A stretch of DNA of 64,000 bases, from the NCBI RefSeq assembly GCF_964355755.1, contig NC_092670.1, positions 22,492,795 to 22,556,794 of the forward strand, given 5' to 3'. The position numbers were made by a program, and so were the translations under genes. The DNA comes from Antedon mediterranea (Eukaryota; Animalia; Echinodermata). This document shows positions 36,101 through 51,100 of this stretch, in pieces (the stretch's first letter is position 1; every line of letters starts with the position of its first letter). The notes under the pieces are model-generated. The model was not told the origin of the DNA, ran no database searches, and was given only the letters and a program-made list of their open reading frames with translations.

Positions 36101-39100
36101 TTGTTTAAATACAATACAAATACTATAGGCTATAGGAGGCCTAGCCTAGCTTCACCCAACCCAGCAGCAGACTTGTTCTTGGCTATATAATATAACAGAT
36201 ATTGCCTTTTATATCGGTTAAATATAAGATTTGACATCCCCTCGGGAATGATATTAAGTTCTCGGGGAATATATATTTCCCTCGGCTGGCGCTTCGGGAA
36301 ATATATATTCCCTCGAACATAATATCATTCCCTCGGGGATGTCAAATCTTATATTTAACCTCTAAACAGTCAATATCTGTATAATATTATTATTGTTATT
36401 ATTTACCTCCGCCAAGGAGGTATATGTAATCGGTAGCGTGTGTTTGTTTGTTTGTTACTTGGCAAAAAAGAATTTTGCCAAGTATAGTATTTACTTTGTT
36501 TGTATGTATGTTTGTTTGTTTGTTTGTTAGCACGATAGCGCCTACAGTTTTCAAGTTATCGTTCTGAATTTTTGGGTGTAGATAGGTATATATTGTCAGA
36601 CCATGCCTATTGAAAATTAACAAAATTGGTTTATTAATAACTTCACAAATAACAAAAATGATATTATTTTCAGACCGGCTAGTGTTAAAAGATAGGAGAC
36701 AATTTTCAAAAGCCGGCGAGCAGTCTTAAAGTAACATGTGTACTGAAATTGCATTTTCTCGAGAACTACTTGTCCAAAAAACATCATTTTTGTACAAGAG
36801 GCAAGAGTTATAAATTGTGATTTTTAATTTTAAAACAAAAGTTGATTCAGTGTACCAGCTTTTTTATACGAGTAGTTTTAAAAAAACCTATTTCTTTTCA
36901 AATTCACCCGTTTGTTTTTGGCGTTGCTGTTCTATTGTTATTCAAATTAAACTATTGTAAGTTGATAAGTAGTTTTGTTAGCACCAGCGTGTGTCCTTCC
37001 TTATTTCATCAGGTATATACTTACAGAACATGCCTATTGATTTTCAGGTAAATTGATATATTACTACATGGGTTAAGGCAGAGGCGCCGCAAATCGGTAC
37101 AGCTTCAAGACACTCCTCGATCATTATTCTGGTCAATCTTGATTTTAGAAAGGTCATTGTTGCAATGCCGGAGTTGTTTGTATCAAAAAATTATTTAAAC
37201 AAATTATTAACCCCAGCAGGATTTTAACAATGTAAAGCTAATACCTAAAGCAAAAAAAATGTATCTTTCAACATGCTCCGAGTCAGTGGATATATTTTGC
37301 CAAGTATTTCACTCAGTTTCTGAGTGCTTTCATTTGTTTGTTTGTTTGTTAGCAGGATTACTCAAAAAGTAATTACAAGATCTTTACCAAAATGAATAGA
37401 CAGATAGATATGTGGTCAAGGACCATTCCATTAAATTTTGGGACCATTTGGGACCACAGTCCCAATTCTGGACCACTTTTTAGTATACTTTTTTAGACCT
37501 GCTAGTGTTAAAAGATAGGACAGAATTTTTCAAAAGCCGGCGAGCAGTCTTAAAGTAACAAGTAAACTGAAATTGCATTTTCTCGAGAACTACTTGTCCA
37601 AAAAACTTCATTTTTGAACAAGAGGCAAGAGTTATAATTTGTGATTTGTAATTTTAAAACATAATTTGATTTAATGTGCACGTTTTTTTATGCGAGTAGT
37701 TTAAAAAACCTATTTCTTTTCAAATTCACTCGTTTGATTTTCGCGTTGCTGTTCTATTGTTAGTCAACTGAAGCTATTGTTAATTGAAAGGCTTGTTAAA
37801 TAACCATTACACCAAACTCGCATACACATGCTTGTAATGAAATTAGCCTAAATCACACAAACAGCATTAAGACACACACAAATATATATATATATTTTTT
37901 TTACCGGAGAAATCTTATGTAGGAGAATTTTACAGTAGGCGGAGGTATGCCCTCTCGGAGTGGCTTTCTAGTTATTATTCTCTTTATCCCAGCTGAGAGC
38001 TGCAATACAATTCCTCCATTTCATCTTTTTCCATCTGCTCTTTCCCAATTTAGGTTTTCTTTATTTAGGTCTTGTGGTATGGTCATCTTCAGTACAGCAG
38101 CTGTTAGAGCTAATAATAATATTAAAACAATTTAATTTAATGTTTGTCTTTAGGGTAAGCCTGAATTAAGATATCAGCGAAAGCATGTCCTAGGCTGGGT
38201 TGAAGCATCAAAACCTGTAACGTTTTCAATTTTCACGCGGGCCCGGCTGCGTTTCGCCGGCCTTGGTTTTGCAACACTTCACATCCGCATGTCCCAGCAA
38301 TGCTCGAGAAAACCAAGAAACTATGAACGATTTCGTAAAAATATGTAAATGTTAAGCGGTCCGACTTGATCATCGTTATTTTATTTTCAACTTTAACGAT
38401 TTTACTCAACTCAACGATCAACACAAGAAAACAGGCTTAAGTGGCCCTCCAATGCTGGAGGCCTCGGGCGTTTTTAATATTTTAAGGCCGTTTTTATTTT
38501 CCTATGGGCACTGCTCAGGGGCCCCCGTAAGCTCTGGGGCCCCTGGATTTAACCAGTGAGCGCTTATATCTGTTGCGCCACTGGATCAAATGCTTATTGA
38601 TTGATTGCATCATGAATTCATGTATTTAAACAATTAAGGCCAATCATGTTTCTCCAATATGTCCTCTAGATCTAGATTAAACTGATCACATTGTTTGGTA
38701 ATTGTTGATTTACATAGAATGACTGGCTTGATCATGATTATTTAAATGTGAACCTACCATTATCATCTTCAATAAAATTCTTTCTTGTGTCACAGATTCC
38801 CTGACAACTATAAGGTTGAGGTGACTGCAAGAGATGTTTCTGGAAATTCTTATCCACTCATTCAACCAATAGAAGTGGAATATGGCATTCAGGTGGGGTC
38901 ACCATTACACTGTGACATGATTGGCTTAGATATGTCCTGCAAATTTCAATTGACATCTGGTAGTGGTGTATTGGTGAATGTTGACTTTTTTGATGGAGAT
39001 GACTTAAACATGACAGTTGGTAAGTAAAAGGTGAATGATTCACAAGTGGACATGTTTATAAGACTGCATAATTTTTGAGTTTTTGGAAATTTATAACACG

Positions 39101-42100
39101 TACACTCAAAGTGTACAATGTCCTTTTCTGCAATCAATCAGGTTACAGTCATTTCTCTTGAGTTTCTTTAATTTTCTCACAACTATAATTTATGTATAGA
39201 CAATGAAAGGTAGGAATTTTATCAGCTGTAATGAAATGGTATAACATGGTGTACTGACTCTCAAAATCTAACTTTTATAATATATTTATTATATTATTAG
39301 ATTGCCCAGTAGTTATGTATGGATCTGATGCAAAGGTCGCAGATTTAAACTTGACCTGGGAATACCCACAAGCACGATATATCAAGTATAATGAAATGAT
39401 AAAGCAGGAAGGACAGCTGATTGGTTGGGAAGTAAATATTTTATCATCAGGCTTTATTGTACTTGAGGTAAGTAGGCATTTGGTACATGCTCAAATGCTT
39501 AGAAACTTTTGGGCATGCTCAAAACTTGTGAGCAAAGCTCAGACACATGTCAGCATGCTCAGGAAACTGTTAGCATGCTCAGAAATATGTGTAAATGCTC
39601 AGAAACCTGTGAGATTACTCAGAAACCTGTAAGACTGCTTAGAAAGCTGTTATCATGCTCATGCAGACACCTGTGAGAATGCTCAGAAAACTGTTATGAT
39701 CAGGCACCTGTAAGAATGTTCATAAAACTGTTATCATGCTCTGTGAAAATGCTCAGAAACCTGTGAGAATGCCCTGAAACATTTGAGAATGCTGAGAAAA
39801 CAGATACTTGTTAGACTTTGTAACAGGTGAAGCTGCAGCTTGGTGGTTTGACTTCCAATCATAAGGTCCTGGGTTCAATCCAAACCAATTGTGACTTAGT
39901 TTATAACCACGATAAACTTTAAAAGTGTTTATCTATCCTGTATTGGGCAAGTTGCTTGCTGTTACATATTTTTTAAACTGCAATTCCTATTGTATTTTGT
40001 GCACTACTTTTTTGTTATCAAGATTATATAGTTTTTTGGGTTAAATCATAATATATATTATTAAAGTTTTAATTTCATATATTTTCAAAATTGAAATAAA
40101 AATGATTGAACCAATAAATTTAATGTATTTACAGGTCTACCGCCCTCATACAGTAAATTGGCCAAAGATATGTGATTCATCATATTTAAAATTCAGGAAA
40201 AGAAAATGCAGCAGTGAAATTAAATTGATGAGTCATGTTTATTTTCCATCTGTACCTGATGTAAACCTAACAATTGTGTATTCATATACATTTTATGCAA
40301 ATTCAAGTGGCAAGAACTACTTCCAGGTCAACACGCCATTCAATGTCACTGAGTTCGACATCATTGGATGGCACTACATTAAAAGTGGTGTCATCGCTCA
40401 GGCACCAGGAACTCGAGGACCAGAGTTTGTAAGGCCGACATACTATGGTGAAGGTGACATATTGCAAATTACTCCAGAAACTATAGTGTCAAGTAGTGAT
40501 AGCAGTCACATAATACGAGCTGTCGTCGTAAGACCAAGCACGGCAGTTTTTGAACATCATTGTAATTATATTCATTTGGACGACGTCAGCCATTATTGTG
40601 CTGTGGAAGTGAATCTGTCAAACGCCATATCAAATGTTGAGATGTTAACGTACATAAGAATAGCTCCACCAATTTCTAACGTGACTATTAACAGTACTGG
40701 ATTTGGTTAGTTACATTAACTTTTACATTTTTTAATACAATAATACTATATATTGCGTCATGGTAGTGTTTATTTCTCATCTGTTACAATAAAGTTTGGC
40801 TTGACTTTTTAACACCCATTATTCCAGGGTTTTTTCACCTAGAATGATTGGATAGAATGTATTCTTCCTGTACCATAAAGGGAAATTCACTCTTTTCTTT
40901 TACTCATATTATTTATTATAAATTTATTTTAGTTTAGATCATGGGACTGCTGACTCTTGTAGTTATAACTTATTACCTCCGCCAAGGAGGTTATGTTTTC
41001 ATCATTTTCACCCCTGTATGTTTGTGTGTGTGTGTGTCTGTGAACAGCCTGGAGGCCACAGTTTTTATCCGATTCTCACCAAATTTAGCCACAATGATCT
41101 ATACCTCAAAAGCTCGGACGAGTTAGAATTTGAGGGAAAAAGGTCATAGGTCAAGGTCACAACTAAAAAAAAACTATTTTACTGCCTAAAGCTGACCACA
41201 GTTTTTATCCAAATCTCACCAAACTTAGCCACAATGATCAATGACTCATCATATAATTGTGGTTACTGGTCAGGGTCATAAGATCAAGGTCTACAAAAAA
41301 CAAAAACAAAAAAAAAAAAAAAAATAATAATAAAAAAAAAAATTTCTGTAGGAGGCTGGATACATAACCATTACACCAAACTCTCATCCACAACTTTGTA
41401 GTGTGAAGTTAGCCTATTTACACTTGGAACTAATAAAAAAATAAAATTTAAAAAATATATAAATTCCGGGGACATTTATGTAGGGGAATTGTACAGTAGG
41501 CGGAGGTTTGTACTCTCGGAGTAACCTCTAGTTTTTATTATACTTTAGTAGTCCCTGACCAATTAATCTCTGTATATTTTATATTTGTTGGTCACTAAAT
41601 AAATGAAATGTTTAAGAAACTAAGGTTAATCAATTTTCCTCCTCACTTAAGTCAGTAAATATTTAAGGATTCACTTAAGTGGTATTACATTGTTTTAAGA
41701 GTAATTGTTTTTTTTACATTTTTTTTTCATGGGATTCTTTCAGCAAAGATTTTTGAAGTAGCCACGTTATCTGTTCTGGACCACCCCGGAATGGATATTT
41801 GTGAATATGAATGCAAAAACTCTACATACAATTCCACCACATTTGTGAATGAATGTTATGTATATCCATATCCCTGTCTACTGACCACAATCAGTGAAGA
41901 GGTGCATTACAGCTGGGACTTTGGCAATGGTAATTCGACTATCACCTCGAAAAAACCTGTAGAAGTATGGTACGCTTACCCAGGAACTTACAACATATCT
42001 GTACGAGTGCATAACAACAACACAGAGGCAATTGATTATGTAAGTTTAAGTCTTGTGCAGAGCTATGAGTTGAGCAGAAATGCTCATCAGATTTTCTGCT

Positions 42101-45100
42101 GTCAATGCTGTTGTTGGGTTTGGTGAGGCATGTTTTAGAAACCGCAATTAGAATTGTTTTTACGCTTGGTTCTCCCACTTAAACTCAACGCAATGACCTA
42201 AGTGCGTGGAATGAATTATTTGAACTGTCAACTCACTTGCAATGTACCTACATTGTTGCATTGTATTCAAGTAAGAACCAAGCTTAAATATGTGATAAGT
42301 TAGTATTTGTATTGTAGATAGAGTATGTGCAACATGTTTTCAATACATCAAATCACACAAAGAATCTAGGTTAAGCATAGTTAGTTTCTTTTTCGGTTGG
42401 AAATAAGATTTTATGTGCTGTAACAAATAAAGTTTGTTATTTTATTTTAGATACTTTTTGAAGTACAAGAAGAGGTTTGCAATATTTCGTTTAAACAAAT
42501 AACACCATTGCCAGTCCTTGATAACTACACTATTGGTATCACCAATATCAGTCAGGCAGCACATGCTAAGTTGGCTCCTAATGTAGGTACTGTACATCAC
42601 CCCAGGGCTAGAAATGTATTTATATTACTTACTGTATATACTTTATATGAAGTATAGCAAAATGCCTGAGCAATCCAAGTACAAACACATTTTCTGGGCA
42701 AATTTATAAAATAATCAATCTTAAGGTGGCAGATCAAGTCTACCATAATACATTAACTAGTTTACAAAACATACTAGAAAATTGCTAGTTGGGCTAGGGT
42801 GATTTTTAGCACTGTCCCTCAACCCCCTCCTCCTTGAGTATACATTTTTGGAATGAATATTTTCTACAGTCCATAATGAGTTAATAATAAACAACTTTTT
42901 ATGTATCAATTTCTTTAAAACAACTACAGTAGTAAAACATGAACTGAATAATCATCCTTAATTTGTTATGTTATATGTTAGGAACAAAAACAAATATGAC
43001 TGTGGTGATAGGATCAGAACACAACGTTTCATTTAATGTGTCACATGGTGAAGTTGTCACTTTTGAAGAAATACAGGCAGATAACACAACATACAAGAAT
43101 GTCATTCTTTCAAACAAAGGTTTGTCACTAAGAAAGTTGCTTACAGAAAATGACATTAAAGAAATATTTCCCCCCACTCCCCAGAAGAAAACAATGTTAT
43201 TTTAATGTATTGTTAATTTTGACAAAAAAAATTAAATTGGGGGAAAAATAATATAAATTACAAAAATAGTCAACGTCTGTCAATTGGCTGTTTGCTTGTC
43301 TTTTTATAGTAAAATCACTTTATTTTATTAATCATAATTTTTCATATTTGTTGGGGAATAATACAATGCAGTGAATATGCAAGAGTGAAACATTATTGAT
43401 GTCAGTTCCAGCCAACACAAGCCAGATGTTTTTTAAAATTGATGATTGAGAATCACAAATATTAGAAAATATAAATTTGTTTTGTTTATAGGATTATGTC
43501 GAAATCCGCTTGGTTTACAATCTTCAGATATTGTTAATGATGCACAGTTTAGGGCGTCCTCTACTTTGGTGAAATCTAATATGACGTTTTATCCATACCT
43601 TGCACGTCTTGATAAGCCTTATGGTGCTTGGGCTCCAGATATTAATGACACTGAACCTTGGATAGAAGTGAGTATGTATTCTATTCTTTGACCTTTTTTT
43701 ACAGTTTATCTTGAAAGAGTCCACTGCAACCTTAGCAGGTCACAGAGCTGAAGAGGATGGATGAAATGGTTAGCTTTGTTGGAATATGTAAGGTAATGTT
43801 ATTTCTTCTGGTCCTAAACTAAGTAAATTTGGATTATGCCCTCTAGGACAACACCTACCAGATCAGCTCCCCATGAGAAGTATATACTTTAAATGTATTT
43901 AGAAAAGCAAAAAATGTACAAGAATATCAAAAGATTAACTTTGAGTTGAGATTCTATATTATGCTGAAAATATGGAGAAAGCAGACAATGGACTATGAAA
44001 TGACAAAAATACCTGGGGGTAAAGTCTTCTTTCAAAAGAGCATAAAGGAGCTCTTGTTCTTCCACCAGCTCTGTTCTTTGCAAGTGAAAAACTTAAAGAT
44101 GTATTGTCCCCCTGAAAAAAATATATTTTTAAATGTTTTTTTTTAATATGCCATTGTAATGTCACATATTATTTATTAACTTTGACCAAAACTTGGATTG
44201 AGAAAAAAAAAATTTACATCAAAAAACAGAAATAACAAAAAAAATTGTCAAATTGACTGTCTACGGAAGTGCATTTATATTAAAATTGCTAAATGGCCTA
44301 TTCAAAGTCTATTTTAATTAATCTTAATTTTTTATGTTTTTGTGCGACAATACATCTTTAAGTCTATTCAGAGCAACATTTAAGTTAATATTGATAATAC
44401 ACACTTTTTTAGGTTGATCTCAAGATGATGTTTGTTGTTACTGGTATAATAACTCAAGGCTCTGATTCTGATATTATTGGATGGACCGAGAACATCACTA
44501 TCAAGTACAGTCAAGATGGTGACGCATGGTTTGAAGAACTTTGTTATAATAAGGTTTATTTGATTTTTATTTAAATTCTGATTTATAAAAAAGCCAACCT
44601 CACGTCCATTATGATCTTTGAAAACACAGTAGAAATGCGAGTTTTAAAACTTAATTTATCTTTGTTTTAAACAAAATGAATACCTTTGAATCAACGGAAA
44701 AGGGCATGTGACATACTATAGATTATTGAGATATAATGTTGACATTTTGGGCCAAGGCAACCATACATGCAGTACATATTATTGAAATTATTTTTTTCTT
44801 TGTTTGATAGCAATATAATACCAATTCTGACAGACATTCTCATATGACAAACATTTTTAGTAGTGCATTTATTGCAAGATTTGTACGAGTAATAGTTGGT
44901 GAACAATCAAAGCAGCCGGCACTTAGATTTGAACTTCTTGGGTGCAACTGTAAGTATCAAACTTAAATATGTACGCTTAACTAAAGTCCAGGCTACACAC
45001 TAGCAAGTAATGTGATCCTTAGATAGAGCTTCAGTTTACTAGTGTTGACTAAGATTTAGCTGGAGGCTGTCCATATGCGGATCACATGACTACAGTAAGT

Positions 45101-48100
45101 CATGTGATCCTCAGATGAAGCCTCCAGTTTGCTTGTTTGGACTAGGCTTTAGCTGGAGGCAATCAATCTGCAGATCACCTGATCTACAGTAAGTCATGTG
45201 GTCCACAGATTGACAGTAACACAACCATCTCAAAACAGTGCCAAACGCAGAGTTTTCAAATAAAGTTTGTTTTCAGTTGCTGTAGGTTGTACTCATCAAT
45301 TGGGCATGGAGAGTGGTCTAATAACTGATGAACAAATACAGATAACAAATATGGATAACATTACCAACAAATCATTTGTTAGACTTGAAAAGGTTGGCCA
45401 TGAGAGCACCAATGGATGGTGTCCAGGGATCTCAAACGGTACTGACGATTGGGTACAAGTAGATGTCAGGAAGTTGACACTGATTACTGGTATTGTTATA
45501 CAAGGCATAGTGAAAATGGGGAATGCTACATCAGGTAATCTGCCTGATATTTATCTAAGCTACAGTGCTGATGGAGAGTCGTGGAACTATACTCAGGTAG
45601 GTAGAGTATTCTGTTTTTTTTTTAATTTTCAGAGTTACTATTTGCAGTAAAATTATGTAGTCCACCTACAATTGTTTCGTCCATCAGATATCAGAATAAG
45701 CAGCATGTATGCCTAAAGCTCAAATAGGTTTAGGCCTTTATCCCACCTAATTCAACTGAATTCCAGCACGGAGCGGCATACATCCCAGCCATGTATCCAT
45801 CGCAAAAACCATTTGTAGACAGGAGAACAACCGTAAAGATTTTTTAATATTGCACCACTTAAAATTGATAAGCCAACTTTTTGAACATGATGAAATAAAA
45901 ATGAAAAATAAAAATTTTCCATAATCCAAGATTCTGCCAAAATGAATTATAAAACTAAACTTTAGCCAATCTTTATAATGTTCAGTTTTGGGAAAAGTAA
46001 CTATACTTAATAAATATTTTTTACTTAAGACCCTTTCTGGAGGAAATCAAAATGGTCGTCTACAAAAAAGAATAATATTTGAGGATGATATACTTACAAG
46101 GTATATTCGTCTGCATATCATTAATCTGGATAATCTTTGTGTTCGTTTTGATCTTTTGGGCTGTAAAGGTTAGTACTGTATCTTTATCATTGTCATATTA
46201 AACAGTTTGTGATGTATGGTATGAATTTTCTGGATTCAGAACCGTGACAGAGATTAGAATTAACCACAGCCGCCAATTCCAATACAATTTAATTTTTTAT
46301 ATATATACTAATATACAACTAAAGGTCAAAAGCAATAATGGTAATCGGAAACCATGTACACATTTTGTGTAAATGTTCATAATAAATAACATAGTTGAAA
46401 ATGTTCATCTGGTTTGTAGATATAAGTTATTTTGGAAATATTCTTTTTTTCAAACCAACAATTAGTAAACTAACCTTCTTGACACTAGAGGTCAATCTGT
46501 TTGATGATAGATCGTCATTATTTCTAAAGAAACTGTCCGATCAGGACAGCGAAACTGTCAAGAAGGTTAGTTTACTAATTGTTGGTTGAAAAAAAAGAGT
46601 ATTTCATAAATAACATAGATTCTATATTTTGGTTTTTTGCTTACCATTTACCAATTACCACCAGTTTACTGCTCGCCTGTGTAAATTGGCCTTTAGTAAC
46701 TTATATGGGCTAGTCCAAATAAGAAATTGGACACATGGAAAGAATGTTTGAGAACATTGTATGTACATACATTTGTATTCACATTTAACAAAGACAAACT
46801 ATTTTTAATTATAAGACTTTCCAATTATACCACACTTGAATGTACTGTATCGACCTGCCATCTGGTTAATTTTATATTAATCATTTGTTGTTTAATTTTT
46901 TTAACAGTTGTATATGATGTGAATTTCTTTTATTTTACAATAAGACTCTCGATTGTGCCATGGAGTGCTAGGCCTAGAAAGTGGTATTGTTACAGATGAC
47001 CAGATAACAGCATCTTCAATTAGAAGAACCAATGTTGCATATTGGCCACATTGTGCTCGTCTGAATGATCCAACATGTAGTTGGTGGCCATATACAGTCG
47101 TTAATGAATGGATAATGGTCATGTTTGATAGAAAGATGATATTGACAGGTTTAATTACCCAAGGTTCTCCGCTTAGTACACCTGCATGGGTAACCCAATT
47201 TCATGTGGCGTTTAGTATTGACTTGCTCACATGGACATATTTAAAAGACAAAGAGACTGTTAAGGTACATTTTTGTTTTATGAATTAAAAAGGTTTATGT
47301 GTATAAACATTCTCTCACCCAAACTGTGCTAATGCTGGATTAGATTTGCAAGATTTTTTTATGCCAGAAAATGCACAGATTTTAACTTTTATTTGATATT
47401 ATTAGATGATCATCTGTGATAATTTATATGCAGGTGTTATGCAACAAAACTGAGCATAACATTTACATTTTTTAAATACTGTTTTTTTATGTAGTACTTG
47501 GATTAAAAGAAACAATATTCATTTGAATGTATCATTCCTACAAAATATTTCGTTTAGTGTCTTGTTCTGTCAAAAGCATTTTTTTATCAACTCAAGTTCT
47601 TTTGTATCATGAGAATAGTAATAATAATTATTTTTTTTGCAGTTATTTAAAGGAAATACGGATCAACATTCATATAAAAAGAATGTGTTTGATTACCCCA
47701 TCATTGTACACTCTGCACGAATTTATCCTGTTGCTACTGATAATTTTCTGAGAATTAGGATGGAATGGTTAGGGTGTTATGGTATGCTTGAATTAAATAC
47801 ATTTTATACTGAATATTTGTAAAAGATTTGTTAAAGATGAGCAAATCTGTGAAAATGAAAAAAGGTTGCCCCTACCTGACCTAAACCATTAGACTACTGG
47901 GGCTTTCATGGTATTGTTGAAATGTGATTGATTAGCTACTTTTTAACACCTTCACCGTGGTATGACGGTGGATATAGCACTCAATTCTAAGCAAGCACAA
48001 CAGATAAATTTTGTAGGTTCGACATCGGTGTTCATTCCAACAACTATAATCAAGGTGATTTAAATAAAAACCTTAATCTACTCTCCTTTAGTGATCTCCA

Positions 48101-51100
48101 TTTATTCCAATAAAAAAATCTAAAGCTAAAGCCTCAAGTTCACACACTTTTAATCATTACATAGAAAATACAGTATGTGAACAATATGACCTTTCTGCCA
48201 CTCTTCTCAGCATTTTATTTTTTTTAAATTCCAGCACCACCAGTTTGTCAAGATGAAATACGAATTTTCACAAATGATGAATTAAAGATTCCATGGCGAA
48301 TTGATTCAATCAATCCGGAACTGATTGTTGACCTCGGTCAAATATATACTATCACTGGTATACTGATTAAAGGAACTGATGTTGGCTGGTCATTCGAGTT
48401 AGGGCACAGCTTCAATGAACATAACTGGAACTATTTCAGTGATAGAACTGGAAATATACAGGCAAGTGCACATGACGTGATCACTTCAGAATAAGTTAAT
48501 GTTTCTACTTGATCAAATCAATCTCTTTATTTACCTAAAAAACAATACAAATAGCAAAAAAGGAGTAAAACAAATTAAAAGAAGATAAAAATGACCTCCA
48601 GGGCTTGTAATAGGAGACCCACTAAAAAGTGATTTGACCAATGACAAGCGATGAATTATTCGAACAGTGGCTTGTGATCGGTCATCTCGCTTGCGTTGCA
48701 CGTACGCCCCTTTCTTAACAGTCCTCTTGGAAGACTGCTGATTGGTGGGTAGATTAGATGTCAGTCAGGCTTCAACCTCCAAGGATTACAGTACAGTATG
48801 TATATGTGTTCTCCACCTACAAATTGTAAAAAATATATACTAGTGATTTTTTTCTGTTTCTGCCCATTAGAAATTCAAAATTGCTGGGCCTGAGGTTGAA
48901 ATGTTTTCAACTACTTTTGATACAAGATTTATTCGGTTTGAAATATTGTCAACATCAACTTGGCTAGATGATTTGGAATTTGTATTGTATGGTTGCAATG
49001 GTAGGTCACTGGCTTTAATTGGTAAATTACAATATTTCGTCTACCATCCAGTATAACAAAAACGTTCCAGTACTATTTTAATCTTGTTGTTCTCGGGTTA
49101 TTAATGTATAAAAATGTGTTATAAATACTACAGTACTGTGATATTTCATTTTGTTTTGTTTTCTTTAGAATCAAGTGATATATACTTAACTGGTTCCAAT
49201 GCGACGAATATAAATATCATCATCACATTTTTTAACCTCATCAATAGTGTATCAGTTTCTGCTAATGTATCGTTCATTGAAGAAATTCAAAATTTTGATC
49301 TGGTAGAGTCACCACAGTATGCTGTGTATGGAAAAGACATAGTGATTGCTGGGTCAGTGTCATTCGGTTCAAATATGACATCAGTAGTGGAAATAAATGA
49401 TGCGCGTGTACTGTCATATACAGAACAAGATTCTGCCAATTCACAAATTATTTCTATTATTGTTCTAATCGACTGGAATATATTTGGAAAATGGAATTTA
49501 ACTGCTAATGTTATGGTGGAACTGTTAGAAAGATGGAATTTCACTGCTAATGTTATTGTTTACAATGATATAAGTTACCCTGTGACAGTATCAAGACTCT
49601 TTCTTATACAGTATGAAATTGTAGATTTAAAAAATTGGCTTTCTGATAAATATATAAAAACTTTTCAAAAAATGGATGCATTCTTTGACATGAAGGTGGG
49701 GTCGCATTTACATTGTATTGTAGAACAGGGAGATGGAATTTATTTTGTCGAGGAAATCAATTATATGAGTAGAGATGGTAATAATATATACCAAACAAAA
49801 TTAAAATACACAGAACCAGGATTTTATATTTTTAGTGTTAGCTGTGTAAACAATGTCAGTTTTGGATATGTCAGCACAAACGCTACTGTTCAAAATGAAG
49901 TTTCCAAAATAAATGTAGCAAATTTTACAGAAATTGTACGTATGACATCATCTAAGAATAGTACTTTTGAGGTGATATTATTCTTTACGGGAGACATAAA
50001 TTACCCACCGACAGATGCAACAGCTCAATTTACATTCATAGATGAATTAAACGATGACTATCAGTACTTTGAGGAACTTGACTATATTATATCAGTACCT
50101 GAACTGAACGTATTCTATTATTTTGAAATAGATCACTGGAGTTCATATTCTGTTAAAATAAAGATTATTAACGAAGCCAGCAAATCAAATACTAAGATTA
50201 AATTTGAAGCAGAGGACAGCATTGAAAACTTGGAATTTTTTTGCCCTGGAACAGCCAAAGTAAATGAAAAAGTAATTTTCAATTTCTCAGTATCTGCCGG
50301 TTCTCGTATTCAGTACACGATTGATTTTATGGACGGAAACGTTGATATCATTGATGGAGAAAGTAATTTCGCATTCATGCATAGTTATTCTATTAGCGGT
50401 GTATATACAGTCAAGCTAAGTGCAAGAAACCTTGTCGACGTGGTTAACAAAACTGTAGCAATAATTATTCAGCTTCCAATTGATGGATTTGATGTGTACG
50501 TACCTTCGTTAATCAAGTTGGACACGGACATAATGCAAGCAGATGTTGAAGTAATGTTGACGCATTCAAATGACTTTAACTTCCCGACAGATGCTCACTA
50601 CAAAGTTGATGTTAATGAGGTTAATTTTCATTCAGGAGTGTTATATGAAAACACTTCTGATTTCTTGTTGTCGTTAAGTCTTAATCAGTCAGGAAAATAT
50701 CGATTAGAATACCATATTTGGAATCTTGTATCATATGAAATTTATGTGTCAGACTTTGTGGTTATGGAAGAGATAAATGGGTTAACAGTTATTTTGGCTA
50801 TGAATAAAATGAATTTATCAATGGATTTGGAGGTACCAAGTCATGACGGTAAGTTGTACCAACCACTAGATCATTCTCTTATCATGACAACGCACATCGC
50901 AACAGGAACTAACGTAACTTACACCTGGATGTATGAGCCGAATGGACAGACAAAAACTTCACAGAATTCGCAAAGTTATTACTCATTTACAATACCAAAC
51001 AAATATGAAATAACTCTCAATGCATCAAATGCAGTGAGCTTTGTCGAGTGGACATCAACCGTGGTCGTTCAAGAAACCGTTGTTGAATCTAAATTAGTAG

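Noticed and set aside
39826-39895. tRNA gene
   Set aside because: A B-box-like GGTTCAATCC is present but there is no complete cloverleaf; more likely a decayed SINE head.
43741-43782. Hammerhead ribozyme (CTGAAGAG...GAAA)
   Set aside because: Stem II/III pairing and the NUH cleavage triplet do not fit the core geometry.
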